Origin: an uncultured Anaerolinea sp.
GTDB lineage: Bacteria > Chloroflexota > Anaerolineae > Anaerolineales > UBA4823
Length of the DNA stretch: 64,000 nucleotides
Reading direction: 5' to 3'
Assembly (NCBI GenBank): GCA_964531975.1
Contig: CAZHFU010000002.1
Location: forward strand, 74,133-138,132
The position numbers and the translations under genes are program-made. The notes under the pieces were generated by a model. The model did not search any database, had not been told where the DNA came from, and saw nothing but the letters and a program-made list of their open reading frames with translations. How positions within the stretch are numbered: the first letter of the stretch is position 1; the number at the start of each line of letters is the position of its first letter. Positions 17,504 through 30,641 of this stretch are shown here, piece by piece.

Positions 17504-18628
17504 ATGACTCCAAACGCCCCCTTCTTCTGGGTAGCTCTCAATTTGGTGAAAGGCATTGGCGCAGCGCGGATGCGTATGCTGTTAGATGCCTTTGGCGATG
17601 CCGAGAGCGCCTGGCAAGCCACGCCCTCCGCCCTGATCGAGGCCGGGCTAACCCCCCGCCTGGCGCAGGCCATCGTGGAAACCCGCCAATCCGGCCAGGC
17701 CGAAGCCGCCTGGCAAGCGTTAACCCGTCACAACATCCAGGCGCTCATCCTGGAGGATGCGGCTTACCCCGCCCGCCTGAAAGAAATTACCAACGCTCCG
17801 CCGGTAATTTATGTACGCGGGCGGTTAGAAGCCGCCGACGACCTGGCGATTAGCCTGGTGGGCACACGCCGCCCCACGCCTTACGGGCGGCAAGCCGCCG
17901 AGCAGCTCAGCCGGGAATTGACCGGCAGCGGCTTGACCATCGTTAGCGGGCTGGCGCGCGGCGTGGACGCCGTGGCGCACCAGGCCGCCATCAACGCCGG
18001 TGGGCGCACCCTGGCCGTGTTAGGCAGCGGGGTTGACCAAATTTATCCGCCGGAACATCGCCGCCTGGCCGAGAATATCGCCGAGCATGGCGCCGTGCTG
18101 AGCGACTATCCTCCCGGCACACCGCCAGATGCGGCCAATTTTCCACCCCGCAACCGCATCATCTCCGGCCTTTCACTTGGGGTGATTGTGGTGGAAGCCG
18201 GGGAAAAAAGCGGCGCATTGATTACCGCGCATTTCGCCTTCCAACAAGGTCGCTCGGTGTTTGCCGTGCCTGGGCCGATCAACTCCCCCATGAGCCGCGG
18301 CGCAAACTTACTCATTCAAAACGGAGGGCAAATTCTGCTCAGCGCCAACGACGCCCTCGCTGCCCTCCATATTCAAAAGGCGGGGATGCACACCCAAGCC
18401 CGCAGCGCCCTCCCTGGCGATGCTCTGGAAGCGCAGCTTTACAACCTGCTGGGGCGCCAACCCGTGCATGTGGACGAATTAAGCCGGCTTGCCAATTTGC
18501 CCATCGCCCAGGTTTCGGCCACGCTCACCATGTTAGAGCTTAAGGGGCTGGCCCGCCAGGTGGGCGGGATGCACTACGTGGCGATTGGCGAACAGGGTGG
18601 GCAATACACTCTTTCAGGAGATCAGTAA
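17504..18628 (+). CDS. dprA: DNA-processing protein DprA (Smf)
   Basis: The sequence reads LVGTRRPTPYGRQAA...IVSGLARGVDAVAHQAA...TLAVLGSGVDQIYP...PPRNRIISGLS...VVEAGEKSGALITA. Confidence 0.88.
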   Translation: MTPNAPFFWVALNLVKGIGAARMRMLLDAFGDAESAWQATPSALIEAGLTPRLAQAIVETRQSGQAEAAWQALTRHNIQALILEDAAYPARLKEITNAPPVIYVRGRLEAADDLAISLVGTRRPTPYGRQAAEQLSRELTGSGLTIVSGLARGVDAVAHQAAINAGGRTLAVLGSGVDQIYPPEHRRLAENIAEHGAVLSDYPPGTPPDAANFPPRNRIISGLSLGVIVVEAGEKSGALITAHFAFQQGRSVFAVPGPINSPMSRGANLLIQNGGQILLSANDALAALHIQKAGMHTQARSALPGDALEAQLYNLLGRQPVHVDELSRLANLPIAQVSATLTMLELKGLARQVGGMHYVAIGEQGGQYTLSGDQ

Positions 18629-18633
18629 ACCTC

Positions 18634-19722
18634 ATGCTCGATCACTATTACGCGGTGATTATGGCGGGCGGGGGCGGCACGCGCTTATGGCCGCTGTCGC
18701 GTCAGAAACGCCCCAAGCAGATGCTTAACCTGTTCGAAGGCCGCACCCTGTTTCAAGCCTCGGTGCAGCGGCTTTACGGCGTCTTTCCGCCTAAACGCAT
18801 CTTTGTTGTCACCATCGAAGAGCAGGCTCCCGCCCTGCAGGCCCAAAGCCCCGAAATTCCCAAGGACAACTTCCTGATCGAGCCATCGCCACGCGGCACG
18901 GCCTCGGTGGTGGGTTTAGCCGCCGCCGTTTTACACGACCGCGACCCGCAGGCCATTATGGCGGTTGTGACCGCCGATCACTACATCGAAAACGAAGACC
19001 TGTACAGCCACCTGCTGGAAACCACCTACCAGCTTGCCAAAGAAGACTGGCTGGTGACCCTGGGCGTGGAACCCACCTACCCGGCCACCGGCTTTGGCTA
19101 CATCAAGATGGGCCAGGCCGTCGGTCAGTATGACAGCTTTCAGGTTAACCGGGTGGATCACTTCGTAGAAAAACCCTTGCTCGAAAAAGCCACCCAAATG
19201 GTGCAAGCCGGGCAGTATGTATGGAATTCTGGGATGTTCTTTTGGAAGGCCGAACGCATTTTAGCCGAAATCGAACACCAAATGCCCCATCTTTCCGCCG
19301 GTCTGAAACGCATCCAGGCCGCCGCCCCTCCCTTCGACCGCCTTCAGGTGATGAACGAAGTGTGGGATGGTTTGCAGAGCGAATCAATCGATTATGGCAT
19401 TATGGAAAAGGCCAACCACGAAGTGGTGGTTCACGCCTCCGGCCTGGGCTGGAACGATGTGGGCACGTGGGAATCGCTCTTTGAGGTGTTGGAAGGCGAC
19501 CAGGACGGCAACATCATTATGGGCGGCGATCATATAGGCCTGGACACCTCGCAAACATTGGTGTATATGCAAGAAGAGCACCGTCTGATTGTCACCATCG
19601 GGGTGAAAGACCTGGTGTTGGTGGATACCGGCGATGTTTTACTGGTGTGTAATAAAAGCGATTCCCAGCGTGTGCGGCAGATCGTCGCTCAGCTGAGGGA
19701 GCGCGGCAAGCATTATCTTTAG
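18634..19722 (+). CDS. Mannose-1-phosphate guanylyltransferase (nucleotidyltransferase only, no PMI domain)
   Basis: The N-terminus YAVIMAGGGGTRLWPLSRQKRPKQ and the motifs FGYI and VEKP are consistent with ManC-type NTP-sugar transferases. Confidence 0.82.
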   Translation: MLDHYYAVIMAGGGGTRLWPLSRQKRPKQMLNLFEGRTLFQASVQRLYGVFPPKRIFVVTIEEQAPALQAQSPEIPKDNFLIEPSPRGTASVVGLAAAVLHDRDPQAIMAVVTADHYIENEDLYSHLLETTYQLAKEDWLVTLGVEPTYPATGFGYIKMGQAVGQYDSFQVNRVDHFVEKPLLEKATQMVQAGQYVWNSGMFFWKAERILAEIEHQMPHLSAGLKRIQAAAPPFDRLQVMNEVWDGLQSESIDYGIMEKANHEVVVHASGLGWNDVGTWESLFEVLEGDQDGNIIMGGDHIGLDTSQTLVYMQEEHRLIVTIGVKDLVLVDTGDVLLVCNKSDSQRVRQIVAQLRERGKHYL

Positions 19723-19778
19723 AATTAATCGTCGCCCTGGGCGACTTATAAGTAAGGCAGCAATACTGGAGGTTTATA

Positions 19779-22091
<2,313 letters not shown>

Positions 22092-22215
22092 ATCTTGCAT
22101 TAACAAACAGTGTTGCATTTTTTGCCACATTGGTCTAAAATAGAACCTGCAGGCGAATGCCTGCGGTCCCTCGGCATAAAATGGACGCGAAGCCACCGAT
22201 TAGGGAGTGAAAAAG

Positions 22216-23289
22216 ATGGAACAACTGCGAGCTTATACACGCAACCCGCTTGTGACGATCGCCGCCGGCGTAATCGTTGGACTTTTATTGGGCCTGCTAA
22301 TCGGCTGGGTGATCTGGCCGGTGGAATGGCAAAACGCCGGCCCTTCGTCTCTGAGCCAGGAATGGCGCGTCGATTACTTGCGCATGGCAATTAGAGATTT
22401 CGCTGCTACCGGCAATGTGGCGGAGGCGCAAGATCGCTATAAAGGCCTGGGCAATACCGCTCAACAAACCATGCAGGAAATCATCCAAAACAAAGAGGAA
22501 GCCGACCAAAACGCCATTATCGCTTTTAACGATGTGGTAGGCGGTTCCGGCCTGGCCGCCGGCCCCTCAGAAACCACCGCTGCCGTCGAACCAGGGGCCG
22601 CCATTTCGTCCCCCTACCCCGGAGAAAGCCTGCCCGGCGCTGCTACGGCCACTCCAGATGGGGCTGATGCGCCCAAAAAGACCAGCTCGCTGCTGGTTAT
22701 TTTCCTGGTGTGCCTGGTGCTGCTCGGCGTGGGAGGCGCGGCGTTTTGGTACTTCTTCCTGCGCAACCGCTTTACCGGCGGAACGGGTGAACCTACCGCC
22801 GCTCAGCAAGCTATCGCCGCCCGGCGCAGCGCCTCCGTTACCGATTATTCCGAGAGCGGCGAACGGCCTATCGCCCAGTTCATGGCCTCTTACCAGTTAG
22901 GCGATGATCTGTTCGACGACTCATTCAGCATTCCCCCTGGCAGCGATGAGTTCTTAGGAGAATGCGGCGTGAGCATCAGCGAGCATATCGGCGTAGGAGA
23001 TCCAAAGAAGGTGACCGCCTTCGAAGTGTGGCTGTTTGATAAGGACGATATTCAAACCGTCACCAAGGTGATCATGTCGTCGTACGCCTTTAACGATCAA
23101 GAAATGTGCCAGCGCCTGGCAGTGAAGGGCGAATTGGTGGAAGCGCTTCCCAATACTGAATTCGAGCTTGAGACCCAATCGCTGCGCATGGTGGCCCGCG
23201 TCAATGAGATGGAATACGGCGAGAGCGCCATGCCAGGTGAAAGCTACTTCAACCGCTTTTTGCTCGAACTGGCAATCTTCGCCAAATAG
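22216..23289 (+). CDS. Hypothetical two-TM membrane protein
   Basis: The TM segments are LVTIAAGVIVGLLLGLLIGWVIW and LLVIFLVCLVLLGVGGAAFWYFF. I recognise no family. ATG 22216 follows a gggag SD, while the track start GTG 22207 overlaps it. Confidence 0.6.
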   Translation: MEQLRAYTRNPLVTIAAGVIVGLLLGLLIGWVIWPVEWQNAGPSSLSQEWRVDYLRMAIRDFAATGNVAEAQDRYKGLGNTAQQTMQEIIQNKEEADQNAIIAFNDVVGGSGLAAGPSETTAAVEPGAAISSPYPGESLPGAATATPDGADAPKKTSSLLVIFLVCLVLLGVGGAAFWYFFLRNRFTGGTGEPTAAQQAIAARRSASVTDYSESGERPIAQFMASYQLGDDLFDDSFSIPPGSDEFLGECGVSISEHIGVGDPKKVTAFEVWLFDKDDIQTVTKVIMSSYAFNDQEMCQRLAVKGELVEALPNTEFELETQSLRMVARVNEMEYGESAMPGESYFNRFLLELAIFAK

Positions 23290-23315
23290 AGACAGGTCGG
23301 TTTTTCAAAACTAAA

Positions 23316-23358
23316 GGGGCCGTCTGAAATGTGAATTTTCAGACGGCCCCTTGTTTTT
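23316..23358. terminator. Bidirectional rho-independent terminator between convergent genes
   Basis: The stem is ggggccgtctgaaa / tttcagacggcccc. It is flanked by aaa on the left and ttgttttt on the right. Confidence 0.75.
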
Positions 23359-23415
23359 AAGTCGCCAATCGGCTTTTCAACACCGTGCGGCTTAACCGAT
23401 TTCAGGCGAGAGGAG

Positions 23416-23886
23416 TTATTCGATCTTCAGAACCTTCAAACGCAGCATTCCGCCCGGGGTTTCAGCTTCCACCACATCGCCCGGGCGCGCCCCCATAAGG
23501 GCGCTGCCAATGGGCGATTCATTCGAAATTTTGCCCTGGCGTGGATCGGCCTCTTTCGCGCCCACCATGTAAAAGGTCTCAGGTTCGTAGTCTTCTTCTT
23601 GCACAGTCACCGTGGCCCCCACCTCCACCTTATCGTAGTGCTGTCCCGCGCCGCCTTGCACCACAATGGCGTTACCCAAGATGTATTCCAGCTCTTGGAT
23701 ACGCCCCTCTAGAAAACCCTGGTCTTCTTTTGCCTTGTGATAATCGGCGTTTTCCGAAAGGTCGCCCATTTGGATGGCGTCACGCAAGCGCAAAGCAATC
23801 TGATCGCGCTGCGGCCCTTTAAGGTCTTCCAATTCGGCGCGCAGCTTGACCTCCCCTTCGGCTGTAAGATAGATTGGATCAGGCAT
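23416..23886 (-). CDS. greA: Transcription elongation factor GreA
   Basis: The sequence reads LTAEGEVKLRAELEDLKG...GDLSENADYHKAKEDQ...SPIGSALMGARPGDVV. Confidence 0.93.
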   Translation of the reverse strand: MPDPIYLTAEGEVKLRAELEDLKGPQRDQIALRLRDAIQMGDLSENADYHKAKEDQGFLEGRIQELEYILGNAIVVQGGAGQHYDKVEVGATVTVQEEDYEPETFYMVGAKEADPRQGKISNESPIGSALMGARPGDVVEAETPGGMLRLKVLKIE

Positions 23887-23902
23887 AATTAAGCTTCACC
23901 TC

Positions 23903-25057
23903 TCAAGTTTTCGCGGTTGCATCGAATAACTTCTCGTGTTCTTCAATCGCAAACCGATCCGTCATCCCGGCCAGGTAATCGCAAATGGTGCGTTCTAACC
24001 CAAAGTGATCGATCTGCTCCTGCACATGGCCGGGCAGCATCGTGGGTTCGGATTGAAAGGCATTGAACAAATCGGAAAGGATCTGCTCGGCTTTAACTTG
24101 CATACGCACCACGCGATAGTGTCGATATAACTTATTGTATAAGAAATCTTTCAACTGGCGATTGCGACGGTGCATATCTTCGCTAAAGCCAATCACGTTA
24201 TAAGGCAAACGCTGTAACTCTTCCACCGATTTGACATTGCTATCGCGCAAGCGTGCGTTAGTAGTTTGGATCAAATCGGTCACCTCCAGGCCAATTAAAC
24301 GGCGAATCAGGCGGTGGCGGGTCAAGTCGTCCAGGCGGCCCTGCCGGGGCACGCCCACGCTCTCTAACAGAATTTCCCACAGCGTCATGCCCTCCAGCAT
24401 CCCCGGCGTGAGCATGCCCGAGCGTAACCCGTCGTCCAGGTCATGCGCGGTGTAAGCCAGTTCATCGGCCACATTGGCAATCTGCGCCTCGAGGTTACCG
24501 CGCAGATCGGGGTTGTAGTCCGAAGCATCGGAAATATCATATTCCGACTCGTGCTTGACAATCCCTTCGCGAGCCTCCCAGGTCAGATTAAGACCGGGAA
24601 AGTCGGGATACCGCCGCTCTAACACGGTAACAATGCGCAGTGACTGCTTGTTATGGTCGAAGCCGCCGTGATCTTTCATCAGGCGCGCCAAGGCCACCTC
24701 ACCGGAATGTCCGAAAGCGCTGTGACCCAAGTCGTGCGCCAGGCAGATGGTCTCCACCAAATCTTCATTCGCGCCCAGGGCACGTGCAAAAGTACGCCCA
24801 ATTTGGGATACTTCGAGGGTATGCGTCAGGCGAGTGCGATAATAATCGCCCTCGTAATTGATAAACACCTGAGTCTTGTATTCCAAACGGCGAAAAGCCG
24901 TGGTATGCAAGATGCGGTCCCGGTCGCGCTGGAAGGCGGTGCGGTATTCCGGCTCGTCTTCCGGGTGGGCGCGCCCCTTTGAAAGCCGGCTTTTACAGCC
25001 ATAAGGGGCCAGGGACTGATCCTCGATTGCTTCGAGCTGGTCGCGACTGAAGTACAT
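23903..25057 (-). CDS. dGTPase-like deoxynucleoside triphosphate triphosphohydrolase (HD domain)
   Basis: The sequence reads FQRDRDRILHTTAFRRLEYKTQVF...RTRLTHTLEV...AHDLGHSAFGH and ends in a DYLAGMTD C-terminal motif. ATG 25057 lies 2 nt after the ahcY stop. The track start 25078 (TTG) is the alternative. Confidence 0.88.
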   Translation of the reverse strand: MYFSRDQLEAIEDQSLAPYGCKSRLSKGRAHPEDEPEYRTAFQRDRDRILHTTAFRRLEYKTQVFINYEGDYYRTRLTHTLEVSQIGRTFARALGANEDLVETICLAHDLGHSAFGHSGEVALARLMKDHGGFDHNKQSLRIVTVLERRYPDFPGLNLTWEAREGIVKHESEYDISDASDYNPDLRGNLEAQIANVADELAYTAHDLDDGLRSGMLTPGMLEGMTLWEILLESVGVPRQGRLDDLTRHRLIRRLIGLEVTDLIQTTNARLRDSNVKSVEELQRLPYNVIGFSEDMHRRNRQLKDFLYNKLYRHYRVVRMQVKAEQILSDLFNAFQSEPTMLPGHVQEQIDHFGLERTICDYLAGMTDRFAIEEHEKLFDATAKT

Positions 25058-25059
25058 GG

Positions 25060-26319
<1,260 letters not shown>

Positions 26320-26404
26320 CTACTCTACTCCATTGTTGGATTATGTATTCTAATGCAAAACAAGCCAGGCGTTTCCCGCCCGGATAAAAGAAATTTGCTT
26401 TGCT

Positions 26405-27355
26405 TTACCAATTGATCTCTTCCCCGTAAACCAAGAAATAGCGCGCCTTAAACTGTTCTATGGTAAAAGAATGGCCTTGAGGTCCGCGCTGCTCAAGACA
26501 ATAGGTGGCCGCCAGGGCGCCCATGCGGCCACAGGTTAGCATTGGTAGGCCGCGGCTGTAACCGGTCAGGAAGCCGCCGCGGAAGGCGTCTCCCACGCCG
26601 GTAGGATCAACGATCTGCTGCGCGGGAGCCACGGGTATATCCACCCGGCCCTGGGAGGTGTAAATCGATGCTCCGTCTTCGCCGCGTGTTACCACCACAA
26701 AGCCGTTGGCCTGGCGAGTGAGCACATCCTCGGCTGTTTGGCCGGTCATCTTTTGCACCAAGGCATATTCGTAATCGTTAACGAAAAGCGCTTGCGCGCC
26801 TTCCATGCCGGCGGCCAGTTCTTCACCGCTCATGCGCACAATTTGCTGGCTGGGGTCATAAAAGTAAGGTAAGCCCAACTGGGCGCATTCCCGCACATAT
26901 CGCTCCATCGCGCCGGGGTCGTTAGGCGAAATCATCACCACGTCCGGTAGATTGCCCACCAGTTCGGTCAGCGATAGCTGCGCGGCGTAGGCCATGGCCC
27001 CGGGGTAGAAGCTGGCAATTTGCGAATTGGCCTGGTCGGTGCTAACAAAAAATGAGGCGGTGAAGACGCCCGGAATAACCCGCGCTCCACTGGTATCAAC
27101 GCCTTTGTCATCTAAGTATAAACGATATTCCTCGAAATCTTCTCCCACTGCAGCCCACAAACGCGGGCGTTCACCTAATAAAGCTAAAGTATAGGCGATG
27201 TTAGGCGCAATACCACCGCGTAAGCGCGTCATCGAATCGACTAAGAACGACAGGCTAAGAGATTCGATCCGCTCAGGCAAAATGTGATCCCGGAATAAAC
27301 CGGGGAATGTCATTAAGTAGTCATAGGCTACTGAACCAGTGAGTAAAATGTTCAT
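26405..27355 (-). CDS. PfkB-family carbohydrate/nucleoside kinase (adenosine-kinase-like by context)
   Basis: The N-terminus reads MNILLTGSVAYDYL. The C-terminal motif is DPTGVGDAFRGGF (the PfkB DTxGAGD signature). The gene lies immediately upstream of ahcY. The start could instead be 27406. Confidence 0.8.
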   Translation of the reverse strand: MNILLTGSVAYDYLMTFPGLFRDHILPERIESLSLSFLVDSMTRLRGGIAPNIAYTLALLGERPRLWAAVGEDFEEYRLYLDDKGVDTSGARVIPGVFTASFFVSTDQANSQIASFYPGAMAYAAQLSLTELVGNLPDVVMISPNDPGAMERYVRECAQLGLPYFYDPSQQIVRMSGEELAAGMEGAQALFVNDYEYALVQKMTGQTAEDVLTRQANGFVVVTRGEDGASIYTSQGRVDIPVAPAQQIVDPTGVGDAFRGGFLTGYSRGLPMLTCGRMGALAATYCLEQRGPQGHSFTIEQFKARYFLVYGEEINW

Positions 27356-27479
27356 GATGATCCATTCCGCGCCAGACCCGAAGGTCAAGCTGCACCTTCG
27401 GGTCAATATAGTTTACCCGCAAACAATCATTTTACCTTAAGTTGCCGCAAAAATCGGAAATCTACCGCGGAAAACCCGC

Positions 27480-28442
27480 TCAGTCATTTGCCCATACCTG
27501 CCAACGCAGCGGTTTGCCTTGCAAAGCGTTTAAAACCTCGTTAGCAATATCCAGCCCGGCGCGGTCTTGGGCCTCTTTGGTCTGCGCCCCGATATGGGGG
27601 GTGGCGATCACCCGTGGGTGCATGGCGATGCTGTCTGGCTGCGGCGGTTCCTGCACGAACACATCCAGCGCCGCCCCGGCCAATGCCCCCGAATCGAGGG
27701 CCGCGCGCAGCGCCTGCTCATTCACCACCCCGCCACGCGCAGTGCAAACCAGGTAGGCGCCCGGCTTCATCATCCCAATCTGCTCGGCGCCCAAATAATC
27801 GCGCGTTTCTTCGGTTAGCGGCAAGTGCAGCGAGACATAATCGCTCTCTTTCAGCACCTGCTCAAAGCTGCGCGCCTGCGCCCCGCGGCGTTCAATTTCA
27901 TCGGGAGCACAAGCAGGGTTGTAAGCGATCACATGCATGCCAAAGGCGGCCGCCAGCTGCGTTACGTATGTCCCTATCCGGCCGATCCCCAATATGCCCA
28001 GGGTCTTTCCCGATAGCTCCGTGCCCATGAAGGCGCTCTTTTCCCACTTACCGGCTTTCATCGATGCATCGGCCATGGTAATACGCCGCGCCAGGGCTAG
28101 CATCAGCCCCAGGGTTTCCTCTCCCACGGCGGCGGTGGCCGCTAAGGGGCTGTTAACCACCGTTACGCCCCTTCTCACCGCCGCGGCCACGTTGATATTA
28201 TCCACCCCCACCCCGGCTCGCCCGATGACTTTTAGTTTATCTCCGGCAGATTCCAAGGTTTGTGCGGTCACTTTGGTGCGCGAACGCACAATCAAAGCGT
28301 CAAATTCGGGCAGCGCCTGGTTTAACTCCTCGGCGGTAATCTTTGGGTTGGTTACCAACTCCGCACAGGTGGATAACACATCTAAACCGGCCTTTGAAAG
28401 GCCGTCGGAAACGAGAATCTTAAAACTCATGGCTTCACCCAT
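27480..28442 (-). CDS. D-isomer-specific 2-hydroxyacid dehydrogenase (short SerA-like 3-phosphoglycerate dehydrogenase)
   Basis: The NAD site reads GKTLGILGIGRIGTYV. The catalytic region reads LVCTARGGVVNE...HPRVIATPHIGA. The gene is adjacent to and overlaps serC. The start may instead be ATG 28430. Confidence 0.82.
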   Translation of the reverse strand: MGEAMSFKILVSDGLSKAGLDVLSTCAELVTNPKITAEELNQALPEFDALIVRSRTKVTAQTLESAGDKLKVIGRAGVGVDNINVAAAVRRGVTVVNSPLAATAAVGEETLGLMLALARRITMADASMKAGKWEKSAFMGTELSGKTLGILGIGRIGTYVTQLAAAFGMHVIAYNPACAPDEIERRGAQARSFEQVLKESDYVSLHLPLTEETRDYLGAEQIGMMKPGAYLVCTARGGVVNEQALRAALDSGALAGAALDVFVQEPPQPDSIAMHPRVIATPHIGAQTKEAQDRAGLDIANEVLNALQGKPLRWQVWAND

Positions 28443-29535
28443 TCACGCGCTGGAATGCTTGCATAAAATCGGCCAGGGCCTGCACACCTTCAATCGGCAT
28501 GGCGTTATAGATAGAGGCGCGCATCCCACCCACCGAGCGATGACCCTTAAGCCCCGATAGCCCCTGGGCGCCGGCTTCCTTAGCGAACTGCGCTTCCAGC
28601 TCTTCAGTGGGCAAGCGGAAGGTGACGTTCATCACAGAACGGCTGCCGGGTTCGGCATGCCCGCGGTAGAAGCCACCGCTCAGATCGATGGCGCGATACA
28701 CCAGGTTGGCCTTTTCCTGGTTGCGACGCTGCATCGCCTCCAGCCCGCCTAAGGCGAGCACCCACTTGACCACCAGACCAACAATATAGATGGCAAAGGT
28801 GGGTGGGGTGTTATACATCGAATTGCTTTCCGCCAGAGCGCGGTAATCTAACATCACGGGTAAGTTGGCCGGGGTGCGCTCCAGCAAATCCTGGCGAACC
28901 ACCACAATCGTCACGCCCGCCGGGCCGGCGTTCTTTTGCGCGCCGGCATAGATCAAACCGTACCTGGAAACATCAAGTGGCCGGCTAATGAAGTCCGACG
29001 ACATATCGCACACCAACGGTACACCTTGCGGTGCGGGGGGTTCAGCAGCGAACTGCACCCCATGAATGGTTTCGTTGGAGGTGAAATGTAAGTAAGCCGC
29101 CTGGGGGTCAAAGGAAGATGGGCTGTAACCGGGCACACGATCAAAGTTCGTCGCCTCTGAAGATGCGGCAACACGAACATTGCCCAGTTTGCGGGCTTCC
29201 TTAATCGCTCCTTTGCTCCATGTGCCGTTCAAAATGTAATCCGCCGACTGATCCTTCGGCAGGAAGTTCATCGGCAGCATGGCAAATTGCAGGGTGGCCC
29301 CGCCCTGCAAGAATAAAATCTTATAATCGGACGGAATATCCATCAAGCGGCGCAGGTCGCTGTCGATTTGCTGCATCACTCCTTCAAAAGTTTTCGAACG
29401 ATGGCTCATTTCCATCAGCGACATACCCGTACCGCCATAATCCAGCAGCTCGGCTTGCACCTGTTGCAACACTGGGAGGGGCAGGGTGGCCGGCCCGGCG
29501 CTAAAATTGAATATACGTTTGGGTTCAGTTTCCAT
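28435..29535 (-). CDS. serC: Phosphoserine aminotransferase
   Basis: The sequence reads IFNFSAGPATLPLPVLQQ...MEMSHRS..F...QGGATLQF...NETIHGV...YAGAQKNAGPAGVT...GHRSVGGMRASIYNAMP. The SD aaggagag precedes ATG 29535. Confidence 0.92.
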   Translation of the reverse strand: METEPKRIFNFSAGPATLPLPVLQQVQAELLDYGGTGMSLMEMSHRSKTFEGVMQQIDSDLRRLMDIPSDYKILFLQGGATLQFAMLPMNFLPKDQSADYILNGTWSKGAIKEARKLGNVRVAASSEATNFDRVPGYSPSSFDPQAAYLHFTSNETIHGVQFAAEPPAPQGVPLVCDMSSDFISRPLDVSRYGLIYAGAQKNAGPAGVTIVVVRQDLLERTPANLPVMLDYRALAESNSMYNTPPTFAIYIVGLVVKWVLALGGLEAMQRRNQEKANLVYRAIDLSGGFYRGHAEPGSRSVMNVTFRLPTEELEAQFAKEAGAQGLSGLKGHRSVGGMRASIYNAMPIEGVQALADFMQAFQRVNG

Positions 29536-29621
29536 TCCAGATTCTCTCCTTAGGTGGAATTGTATCATTTGTCGCAAATTTTACCGCCCCCAAAAAGCAA
29601 AATATAACCGCAGCTAAAGAG

Positions 29622-29655
29622 CGGAGGGCGCTGCGTTTCGCCACGCAGCGCCCTC
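29622..29655 (-). terminator. Hairpin downstream of the SDR gene (terminator candidate)
   Basis: The 14-bp stem is ggagggcgctgcgt / acgcagcgccctcc with loop ttcgcc. The U-tract on the minus strand is weak (ctcttt). Confidence 0.4.
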
Positions 29656-29699
29656 CAATGTTACTCACCAACCTGATCTAACGCGCCGCACTGCGCGTC

Positions 29700-30572
29700 T
29701 CAGGCGTTCACAATATCCCCCCCATTAGGATGCAGCACCTGTCCAGTAAAATAAGCGCCATCGCTGCTCGCCAGGAATACATAGCTAGGAGCCACCTCTT
29801 CCGGCTCACCTGCTCGCCCCAAAGCCGTATCAGATCCAAAAGTAGATACCTTCTTCGCGTCAAAAGTCGAGGGAATGAGCGGCGTCCAAATTGGCCCTGG
29901 CGCCACGGCGTTAACACGGATCTTCTTCTGGGCCAACTGTAACGCCAGCGAGCGCGTAAACGCCACAATGGCCCCTTTGGTGGCCGAATAATCAACCAGG
30001 GTGGGGTTGCCCCGGTAAGCCGTTACCGATGCCGTGTTAATGATGGCGTCTCCCTCCTTAAGATACTCCAAAGCCGCCTTGGTCAAATAGAACTGAGAGA
30101 AAATATTGGTGCGGAAGGTGCGCTCCAACTGCTCACGAGTTACATCTTGCAGGCTGTCTTGCGGGTGCTGCTCGGCGGCGTTGTTTACCAGGATGTTGAG
30201 CATGCCGAGCTGCCGGATAGTTTCATCCACCACTTCTTTGCAAAAGTCTTCGTCGCCCACATCGCCGGAAAATAAAATCACCCGACGGCCTTCTTTTTCC
30301 ACCAGGCGCGCAGCCTCTTGGGCATCGTTATGCTCATCCAGGTAAACAATGGCGATATCGGCCCCTTCTCGAGCGAAGAGGATCGCCACCGCACGGCCTA
30401 TGCCGCTATCGCCGCCGGTAATCAGCGCCACCTTGCCTTTCAGCTTTCCGCTGCCCCGGTAGCCCTCGTTTTCCGACTGTGGGCGGGGGCGCATCTTCGA
30501 TTCGATGCCGGGCTGCTGCGACTGCGTTTGCGCAGGGCGTTGGGGTTCCGGTTGTTTGTTAGACTGTGCCAT
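29700..30572 (-). CDS. SDR-family oxidoreductase (YhdF/YdaD general-stress-protein-like)
   Basis: The Q/P-rich N-terminus is followed by GKVALITGGDSGIGRAVA, NNAA and YSATKGA. The aggag SD precedes ATG 30572. Confidence 0.88.
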   Translation of the reverse strand: MAQSNKQPEPQRPAQTQSQQPGIESKMRPRPQSENEGYRGSGKLKGKVALITGGDSGIGRAVAILFAREGADIAIVYLDEHNDAQEAARLVEKEGRRVILFSGDVGDEDFCKEVVDETIRQLGMLNILVNNAAEQHPQDSLQDVTREQLERTFRTNIFSQFYLTKAALEYLKEGDAIINTASVTAYRGNPTLVDYSATKGAIVAFTRSLALQLAQKKIRVNAVAPGPIWTPLIPSTFDAKKVSTFGSDTALGRAGEPEEVAPSYVFLASSDGAYFTGQVLHPNGGDIVNA

Positions 30573-30641
30573 ACATAACTCCTGACTGATTGAAATCCGC
30601 GCTGTGACAAGCTTGATCTTTCTCACCACACCGCGGATAGC

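Noticed and set aside
26320-26404. A possible SAH riboswitch upstream of ahcY.
   Set aside because: The intergenic region is only 85 nt and A/T-rich. I could see no resemblance to the SAH element, and ahcY is probably co-transcribed with the PfkB kinase gene.
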